A DNA stretch of 63,510 nucleotides, counting the filler, from Psammoneis japonica (lineage: Eukaryota): assembly GCA_008632985.1 (NCBI GenBank). It is 3 parts of 3 records of this genome, joined end to end, with 100 filler letters (N's around TTAATTAATTAA, not from the genome) between each part and the next. Parts side by side here need not be neighbours in the genome. Positions count along the whole stretch, not along the records: positions 29,655 to 58,341 come from QPGO01000404.1; positions 58,442 to 63,510 come from QPGO01000549.1; 1 more part is not named here. One strand, written 5' to 3'. Shown one piece after another: positions 54,828-63,510 of this stretch. The number at the start of each line of letters is the position of its first letter. The first letter of the stretch is position 1. Under the pieces are notes generated by a model, which saw only the letters and a program-made list of their open reading frames with translations, was not told the origin of the DNA and searched no databases. A program made the position numbers and the translations under genes.

Positions 54828-57800
54828 GCCCTATGTATGTGCCAGGCGCTGAAAAAGAAGATGTGTTACGACTTTGTCGTTGTGAAAATTATGAGCTAGT
54901 TTAGAGTAGAGAAAATGGGATCGTGTGAATAGGGAATCTTGCCAAATCCCTATTCGTTCGCATTTGGATCGTATTAAATCGATCGTGCGTTCGCATTGTG
55001 GATCGTGCGAATCAAGCCATCACGCGCCATGCACGAGTGATGTCATCGTGTGGAATCACGCTACCATCGTGGGCCAGACGATGGGCTAGTGTGCTTCACA
55101 CGGATGCTCTCTTAGCATCCTTCTGGAATTGCCCAAGACCTAGAGCCACGCCCTCCTGTGGTCGTGCTTCCCAGGTACGTGTAAACAACACCACGTTGCC
55201 ACGTACAAGAGGCTTATGCACGGTCTCGCTGTGTTGTCCAGTAGCGAGGCATGCTGCACACTCCCCCATGATCAGGGCCGTTAAGTGACAGGATGTCTTA
55301 CTGGTGACAGGGTACAATCTGTCGTAGATTGTACGCATCTATCAGCGCTCCGTTCTGGACACGCAACATGCTGTTGTCATATACACGGACAACTCTGGCG
55401 GGTCCTGCATAGCTGTCAGAACCGTATTTAGAGGATTGTTCCTGTTTGACAAGTGCCAATTGCCCTACAGTGTGTTGACACTCCTTGCGTTTCTGATTTT
55501 CATGCTTGTTGTTTAAGTGGACAAGCTTCTGCTTTCTGGTTTCTATATACTTCCACTTAGCACGATGGGCAATAGATAAAACTGCATCGCGTCCGAAGAC
55601 CAATTGCATGGGACTTGCACGCGTGGTCGTATGTACCGTAGCTCTAATAGCGAAGGCTACTGCGGAGAGGATGCCACTCCATGGGTCATCTTCGTCCAGT
55701 TCCACATCCTGCACTGAAAAGGAACGTACCATGTTACCAAGTGTCTGGTGTGCACGTTCCACTATGGCATTCACCTGTGGATTCCGTTTACTTATGGGTT
55801 TCTTCAAAATCCCATAGTCATTTTTAATCATCTGGCTAAATTCTGCCATAAATTCTGTCCCACGGTCATAAACCACCTGGGTTGGCCACGGACATCTGCA
55901 CAGCCACGTTTGTTCCACGAAGTTTGCTACGACGTCTGCGCGTTTCGTAGACACTTCTTTAATCTCGAACCACCCGGTTGCTGGGTCAATCATTGTGACT
56001 GCCCATAATTGCAAAGTGTCCTTTCCGCGTCTTTGAATTTTATATGGCCCCATCACATCTATGCATGGAGTCTCCCATGGAATTATCTCTGCAACCTTTT
56101 CTGGTAGCTTCCCATAACGCTGCGTTCGGCGTTTTGTCTTCTGGCATCGATCGCACTTAACGCACGTAGAATGCACCGTAGACCTCACACTAGGCCAATA
56201 GAAGTGCTGGGCAATAGATATTTCCGTACGTGTCTCACCTGGATGACACAGTGTCTCGTGGCACCATTCAGTTAGCGGAACCTGCAATGACTGTGGCACT
56301 ACGATTTTGTCCTTATGACAGATTAACTGTCGTGATGACCCTCCCCCACGATACGCGCGAATGGAGTAGTCGGACGAGTCCTTAGCTCGTGAGAGTAGGT
56401 GCTTGTCCTTTTGTTGTGCTTTTTGAATGTGCTTGAAGCTAACAGGCAGAGATGTCTCATCTTGCGCGTCTGCATTAAAAGCTTCATGCAAAGGATGACT
56501 CGATGGAGTGTCTTTTACATCCGGATTGGCCTCGGAAGGCAAACTGGGTGCTAGTCGAAGGCGACTAAGAGCGTCAGCGACTAGGTTATGGGTGCCCTTA
56601 ACATAGCGTAATTCGGGACCGCATTCTTCGCATATTAACCGCCAGCGCATAACGCGCTCGGCATTGAATGCTTTGTACGTAAAGATTTTTATGATCAGCA
56701 CATATAATTATACGATGACCAAGGAGAATCGTTCGAAATTCTTTCAACGTCTCCACAATGGCGAGCAATTCTCTCTCCGTTGTTGCATAATTTAATTGCG
56801 CACTATTGAGCTTTCTGCTGTAAAAGGCGATAGGTTTATTATTTTGGGATGTGACTGCTCCCAATTGATATTTAGAGGCATCGGTATGTATCTCAAAGGG
56901 TTTATTAAAATCAGGATGTGACAATAAAACATCATCCGATATCACCCGTTTAACGGTTTCGAACGCCTCGTCTTCAACGGACGTCCACTCCCACTTAACA
57001 GTCTCGCTTACGAGTCGTGTTAGCGGAGCCAAGACTTCAGAACGTCTAATCCACGTGTCGCGGTAGTAGTTCACCATACCAATAAATGACCGTAGGTCGC
57101 GTTTATTGGTTGGGGTCGCGATTCGCTTAATGGCGTCGACTTTATTAGGCATTGGTCGTATTCCGTCTCTGTTAACCAGATAACCCAAGTGTTCTAATTG
57201 GGTTTGACAGAAGTGAGATTTAGTTGCGTTAACTTTTAGTCCTGCTTTCTGGACCCTCAATAGAACTTCTTCAAGTTTGTTGAGGTGATCTTCACAGGTG
57301 CCTTTCGTCACGACGAGAAGGTCATCTAAGTACGTTCGAACGAACGAACGATAGATCTTCAAATAAGCCTGACATGCGTTCTTGGAAAATGTCTGGCGAA
57401 TTACATAATCCCATGGGCAACACCTGCATCTCATGCTTGCCCCACGGGAAGATGAGCGTGCAGAGCTTCTTGCTGTCAGTGTCCAATCGGATATGACAAT
57501 GGCCCATGTTTAAATCCAGCGATGTAGCCCACATAAAGCCTTCGAGCTTAAGTAGCACATCTTGGAGATGAGGAATCGGATAAGGCAATCGCTTGATCCG
57601 TTTATTCAGCTCTCTCAAATCATTAAATAAAGCGTACCGTTAAATCTTTCTTCGGTATGATAAATGATGGAGCTGCCCATTGGGATCGGTTAACGCGTTT
57701 GAGAACACCGATACGTGCTAGGCGTTCTACTTCTTTACGTAGCGTAGCTTCGTATGCACGAGGTGCTTTACACGGACGAGCGTGGTGTGGTTCTACACCC

Positions 57801-58341
57801 TCCTTAAGTTGGACATGGTAGGGTTCTCCCTTCCATTCCTCCTAATGTCCCATCAAATAGGGACTCATGGCGTTTCAATAGTGCCAAAAGGTCGTTTTAA
57901 TGAACTATAGAAAATCCCATTGCCCCTCGCGTCATGTCCTCGAGGCAGGCCGGCGCGCACTTAGCGTCTAAAATACGCGAAATCCGGTCGGTTTCCGAAG
58001 ATAAGGCTTCTGGATCTTGAAGATAGAAGGAGGTTTCTACCGTAGCATCTACGTGCCTCATTGGCACTTCTCCACTGACTAATGGCCACTCTATCATCTG
58101 TTTAGAGAAGACAATGTCAATGCCTTGTGTCTCCAGAATGTCACGTCCAATAATCATGTCGTACTTGCCCAACTTTCCGTTGTGTGCGTGGACGGTATGT
58201 TTAAGTTCTGCAGTTTCGGATAATTCTGGTAACCGAAATTTAACGGTGCAGTCGTTAGACGTACTGAACGAGCCTGCTACCGTAGTCCAGTTTGTCTCAG
58301 CCATTGAATGGCTTCGCAGACGTTTACAGCCATCGACTGTC
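54828..58341 (-). mobile_element. Gypsy PR-RT-RNase H-INT-PPT-LTR, duplicate 2 (extends to the gap)
   Basis: YDMIIGRD, RELNKRIKRLPYPIP, LPMGLCNSPDIFQ and TYLDDLL; RT-RH-INT order; LTR 55260-54828. Confidence 0.95.
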
Positions 58342-58441
58342 NNNNNNNNNNNNNNNNNNNNNNNNNNNNNNNNNNNNNNNNNNNNTTAATTAATTAANNN
58401 NNNNNNNNNNNNNNNNNNNNNNNNNNNNNNNNNNNNNNNNN

Positions 58442-60570
58442 GACAAAGAATTGCTGCAAGTTGGCATTGGCCTTGTTTGCGCCTTGCAGAACAATGACGG
58501 AACTCAAACCAACAACCCATGCATGCCTGTGAATTCCAACTCTCCGCAGGCCGGTGTCATTGCAGAGGAAAACTTGAACTTCTTGCAGAACCTGCAGGAT
58601 GCCAAGTCCAACTGCCTTCGTCTCAAAAGCATCTGACGATCTGCAAAGAAAGACGGAGCAATTTAGACCTGCTGACGTTGCGTTTGACTGTTGCGAAAGT
58701 GACGAGGAAGAAGGTCTTTCAGGCGCCGTTCAGGGTCAACTGCTGGATGCACTCTTGGAAGAAATGGCAGAGCAGCCAGAAGACGATGACATTGGGTTGA
58801 GCGACCAAGCAGTTGTTCCTGCGCATTTGAGCGGCAAACGTGCAAGACAGAAAGGTTCACACATGGGTGGTTGCAAATGCTTGGCAGACATGCACACTGA
58901 CCCACCAAACGAGGAAAGCCAGGTCAATGAACGACAACTTTTTGAGAATCTAGAGGGCGGCGATGACACCGACGAGGAAGACCAGAATGAAGGAGTGCAA
59001 CAACACATCCACAGCAGACCACTGTCAAGAGACGACATTGTTCGAGTGACTGACTAGAACGCAAAGAACAAGAAGGTCGTTTGAGGACATGACAGGTTTG
59101 GAAGAACACGTCGATGTACGTCAAGCAAACGGATCTGCAGCAAGTCGTAGACTGGGCTAGGAAAGCAAGACTGGATGGGCAACAGCAGCGTGCCTTTGAA
59201 ATTCTAGCAGGAACCTTTGTGCTCACTTGCTGCAAAGACGCTCTTCAAGACGAGACGTCACGCAATGGACTTAACAGGAGAAACAGCAGACACGAATTCG
59301 CAACAAACCTTCGCCGATTGAAGAAACTCGTGGAAGTGCAAAGACGCAGAACGTTGCAACTTGTGTGTTTTTTACATGGTGCAGGTGGAAGTGGCAAATC
59401 AACCACAATGGACCTCGTCGTGGAATGCGGAAGAGAGCATTGCTCGCTTGTTGAGCAGCCGTTCACAACAAGCACAATCAGAGTGACTGCACTGACCGGA
59501 GTGGCTGCCACTGTTCTCAAAGGGGACACAATCCACCGAGTTGCATGCCTCATGAGAAGAAAGCAAACAACCGAAGAGCAAATTGAAGCATGGTCAGACA
59601 CGAGACTTTTGGTGGCAGACGATTTCTTTTGCAAGCAAGAGAGAACTAGAAAAACTCCATGAGAATTTAACAGTGTTGAAGAGCGAATTGAGCAAGCCGT
59701 GCGGTGGCATGAACATTGTTTTCGCAGGTGACCTCAGGCAACTAGAACCAGTCGGAAAAGGAGTGAAACCACTGTACAAAGATGCATGTCCCGAGTTTCA
59801 CGAGTGGATCAACTGCTGCACAGAACTTCGTGGTGCGCGCAGGTTCAAAGACGATCCATCATGGGGAAAACTGCTCAAGAGATTCCGCACTGGTGAGATT
59901 GCAGTTGACGATGTAGAGCACATCAACGAACGAGCAGTTCAGAATGAAGATGATCTGCCCAGTGACCTCCGCCATGCCACGTGCGCAAATAAGGACAGAG
60001 ATGCAATTGACACTGGCCCATTCGAAAAAAGAGTAAAAACACTGCATGGAAGAGATGGAGACGTCCTTGACTCAATGTTGATTTTCAGTGACGACTTGCA
60101 GGTGCAGAATGGCACGAGACTCTGCCAACCATTTCCGGTTTGCAACAGCTTCTGGAACAACTGTGGTGAAGGAGACGTTGTCATGCAATCAGGAAGAATG
60201 GATCCAGTCTTACGAATTTACAGAAGATGCAGAGTCATGACACCTTTCAACGAAAATGCAGCAAACGGTCAAGCAAACGGAACGCAAGCCACTGTTGACA
60301 AGGTCGTTCTCAAACCAGGACAGGAACCAAGACTGGTGACTTTAGACAACAACATTGGCATTCCTGCTGCTTGCCAGTCAGGTAGACCACGTTGCATTGG
60401 AACACTGCAACAAAAGCATCGACCCCGCGAAGTTTTTAGTTGAGCCAAAAACAAATGCTTTCAGGGCTTGCATCGCCAAGCCCAGCCCAATTTTAGAAGA
60501 AGGCGACAAACAAAGGCACACTTTCCAACTGAAGGCAACCCAGCTGCCGTTTGTCATCAACAATGCCACT
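58442..60570 (+). pseudogene. PIF1-family SF1B helicase, probably Helitron-like, frameshifted near 59625
   Basis: FLHGAGGSGKST, VTALTGVAAT..GDTIH, LLVADD(IS), GGMNIVFAGDLRQLEPV, RRFKDD, ANGQANGT and QLPFVINNAT. The Rep/HUH domain is not visible. Confidence 0.85.
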
Positions 60571-61240
60571 NNNNNNNNNNNNNNNNNNNNNNNNNNNNNN
60601 NNNNNNNNNNNNNNNNNNNNNNNNNNNNNNNNNNNNNNNNNNNNNNNNNNNNNNNNNNNNNNNNNNNNNNNNNNNNNNNNNNNNNNNNNNNNNNNNNNNN
60701 NNNNNNNNNNNNNNNNNNNNNNNNNNNNNNNNNNNNNNNNNNNNNNNNNNNNNNNNNNNNNNNNNNNNNNNNNNNNNNNNNNNNNNNNNNNNNNNNNNNN
60801 NNNNNNNNNNNNNNNNNNNNNNNNNNNNNNNNNNNNNNNNNNNNNNNNNNNNNNNNNNNNNNNNNNNNNNNNNNNNNNNNNNNNNNNNNNNNNNNNNNNN
60901 NNNNNNNNNNNNNNNNNNNNNNNNNNNNNNNNNNNNNNNNNNNNNNNNNNNNNNNNNNNNNNNNNNNNNNNNNNNNNNNNNNNNNNNNNNNNNNNNNNNN
61001 NNNNNNNNNNNNNNNNNNNNNNNNNNNNNNNNNNNNNNNNNNNNNNNNNNNNNNNNNNNNNNNNNNNNNNNNNNNNNNNNNNNNNNNNNNNNNNNNNNNN
61101 NNNNNNNNNNNNNNNNNNNNNNNNNNNNNNNNNNNNNNNNNNNNNNNNNNNNNNNNNNNNNNNNNNNNNNNNNNNNNNNNNNNNNNNNNNNNNNNNNNNN
61201 NNNNNNNNNNNNNNNNNNNNNNNNNNNNNNNNNNNNNNNN
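60571..61240. other. Assembly gap (N run)
   Basis: Ns. Confidence 1.
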
Positions 61241-62047
61241 CAGTCATCATGTGGAAACAACGGTCGCCCAAGGATGATTCAACCATGGAGGAGCTAAAGG
61301 CAGCATGTGCAGCGGCGATTCCACAGCGGTCGGGGAGATTTTTCACCGAGGAGGAGATGGCGGAGCAGGAGAAGGAGCAAGCAAAGTCCCTTCAGAAGAA
61401 GCATGGCCAGAAAGAATGGAATTGAGCAAATTGCAAATGACCATTTAGCAAAGACAACAGCATCAATGTGCAAAATGCACACACATGGACTTTCACTTGA
61501 GCCGCCGCGGATTGAGTGTGGCCATGAATGAGGACCAACTGTTTGGCAAAGAAACTGCAACAATGCGCAAATTTCGCACATTTCCACACTCACTTAATCC
61601 AACGCAGCTTGCCTTGGACAACATCAACATGCACAACTAGACAACATCAACACACACAGACAGCCTCATGAAACCTCACAGAAGACAGAATGGTCAGAAG
61701 CAAAACAACCAGCACCACGCTCTAACGCATGTTGGTCATGTCGCGTGGGTCGCGCAAAAGTGCGCACCGAAATGACCGTCATGTGTTGTAATTAATTCGA
61801 ACGCCCGGCGCAAAATGCAGCAAAATGATTGGTGCAGGCAATCGTCATGGCTCTATTTTCTGACAGTAGCGAGGGCGGCAATCCAAAATCTTTCGGTTTC
61901 AGACTTCGATCTAGAGAGTTCCACCTAAAAAAGAGGAGGAACCAATTTGTTTCCCGCCATATCACGCGCAAGTGGATGATGATTCGCGCGGAGCCTCACA
62001 TCTCTCCACCCTCGCTCAGCCGCGCAAAGCCAGAAAATCAAACAACC

Positions 62048-62623
62048 ATGGCCACTTGCGTTTGTAGTTTGAGCGGCGAGACGGGTTCTTCCGTATCAGG
62101 GGTGTTGAAACTTGTACAGTCAAGTGAAGATGCACCCACCACCATTGAAGGCGAGCTTCGAGGCTTGACACCGGGAAAGCACGGCATTACAGTCAATGTG
62201 TACGGCGACCTTTCTCAAGGCGCTACTACATGCGGAGAGATTTTCAACCCATTTGGTGAGAATTATATTGCGGTCTGTGCGAATCGTGCTTGTCTTCATC
62301 ATTGTGTCGTAGCTTATGATCCTTTTGTGTTTTGTTTCTGAACAGGCAAATCACACGGATCACCACAAGACGATCCGAGCAATCGCATGGTGGGTGATTT
62401 GGGAAACATTGACGCTGGATCGGATGGAAAGTGTGCCGTGTCGTTGTCGGATTCACTCGTGAAATTGTTGGGGCCCCATTCCGTCATTGGAAGGTCGATT
62501 GTCGTGTATACTTCTGCGGATGATGGTGGACGTGGCGGCCAACCGTCGTCACTTACAACCGGCAACACTGGAACACGAGTAGCTGCCGGTGTGATTGGAA
62601 TTGCCGCAGCTGCGGCGCCATGA
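62048..62623 (+). CDS. Cu/Zn superoxide dismutase-fold protein, 161 aa; exons 62048-62255 and 62346-62623; copper ligands absent
   Basis: GLTPGKHG, GD, FNPFGKSHG, VGDLGNI, GPHSVIGRSIVV, DD, TTGNTGTR and GVIG. The phase-1 intron GTGAGA..AACAG (62256-62345) restores the frame. Confidence 0.93.
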
Positions 62624-63191
62624 GGTGGGAGAAACGATTGTTTAAATAAGGATCAACATGGTAGACTTGAAAGGGTTTTGTCTGACATTATGGCTACTGT
62701 CCTGAAGCAGATTAGAATAAGGAGTACTTTTTAGCGAGTGAGAATGGCCACCAACGGTCTGATTTATAAATCGTCAAGAACCCGGCCGCCAAAGCTCTGC
62801 ATCCAACATCAAATGTTGGATTCTTTTGCACTGATGTGAGCAGGTAGTTTTGAAACTTTCAGTACTCGCGTCGCATTGTTCAACGCCTTACTCTTAGGTC
62901 CTACACCAGCACTTTCACAGTACATCAGCCCGAGGCCTTCCTCGCCTAGATTCTTCATAGAGGTGGCGTTTCAAACAACGGGCTTGTTTGGGCTCGTCTA
63001 GAAAAAAAATCGAGAGGCACTGTCCATACAATTCTTTCTCCCCTCCGCAAGGAAATTCCCCCCAAAGGATTCGCCTATTCTTCTTCTTGTTGGTTCTCGT
63101 TTTAACGCAGAGCGGCGGCGTCTCCATTGTTGACAGCGCTAAAGTGAGCAAACTGGTTCGCGGGAGGAACGTAGTCTTCTCGATGCCCACC

Positions 63192-63510
63192 TTATATTGC
63201 TGTCCGCATACTTAGACTGGCATCCACATACAAAGGTTTCGGGCAGGCTTGAAACTGTGGATTGAATCGTTTCGAGCGGCACAAAACGTGCACGCGGCAT
63301 CTCCAGCTAAAGATAAAGGTGCGAATGGAGTCACCAAGATTCTTGAGAGAGTCGGCATTCACCGCAGTGTCCCCGTCAAGACTGCTGATTGCCAGAATTC
63401 CCCATGTGGCATTGACCTCCGTCATTCTCAAGGAAAAACACGAAAGTCCCGTTACTTTGTCAGTAAAGGAATCAAACCGATCAATAAATTTAAAGCCCAC
63501 CTAAATGTAC
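63192..63510 (-). CDS. Possible 3' part of a convergent host gene running off the window
   Basis: Open frame with normal composition; no recognisable motif. Confidence 0.3.

Noticed and set aside
336..60570. Alternative genetic code or classical RIP as the cause of Tyr loss
   Set aside because: Host genes use TAY normally, non-coding repeats show the same change, and RIP increases rather than removes TpA.
61829..62047. N-terminal extension of the SOD-like ORF
   Set aside because: It begins at a non-ATG codon, and homology starts at ATG 62048 in a good context (aacaaccATGG).

Overview
Eukaryotic nuclear DNA, most consistent with a diatom: short GT-AG introns, and CoDi-like Copia and diatom-type Gypsy proteins. 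A ~52-kb nest of decayed transposons (at least four Copia, several Gypsy, a LINE fragment, MITEs, a PIF1-helicase/Helitron-like element, tandem arrays) lies between two host genes. One is an intron-containing low-complexity protein with a possible papain-like C-terminal domain (4.3-8.2 kb). The other is a Cu/Zn-SOD-fold protein that has lost its copper ligands (62.0-62.6 kb). The strongest signal is a repeat-restricted hypermutation that converts TpA to TpG/CpA (A>G, preferentially in 5'-TAY-3'), the opposite direction to fungal RIP. It turns transposon Tyr codons into Cys/His, resolves the same ancestral TA in opposite directions in sister copies, forms a gradient across a tandem array, is separable from CpG decay and spares host genes. 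Four N-gaps, two with a TTAATTAATTAA linker, are assembly joins, so adjacency across them is uncertain. All alignments and counts were done by eye, and coordinates of decayed elements are approximate.
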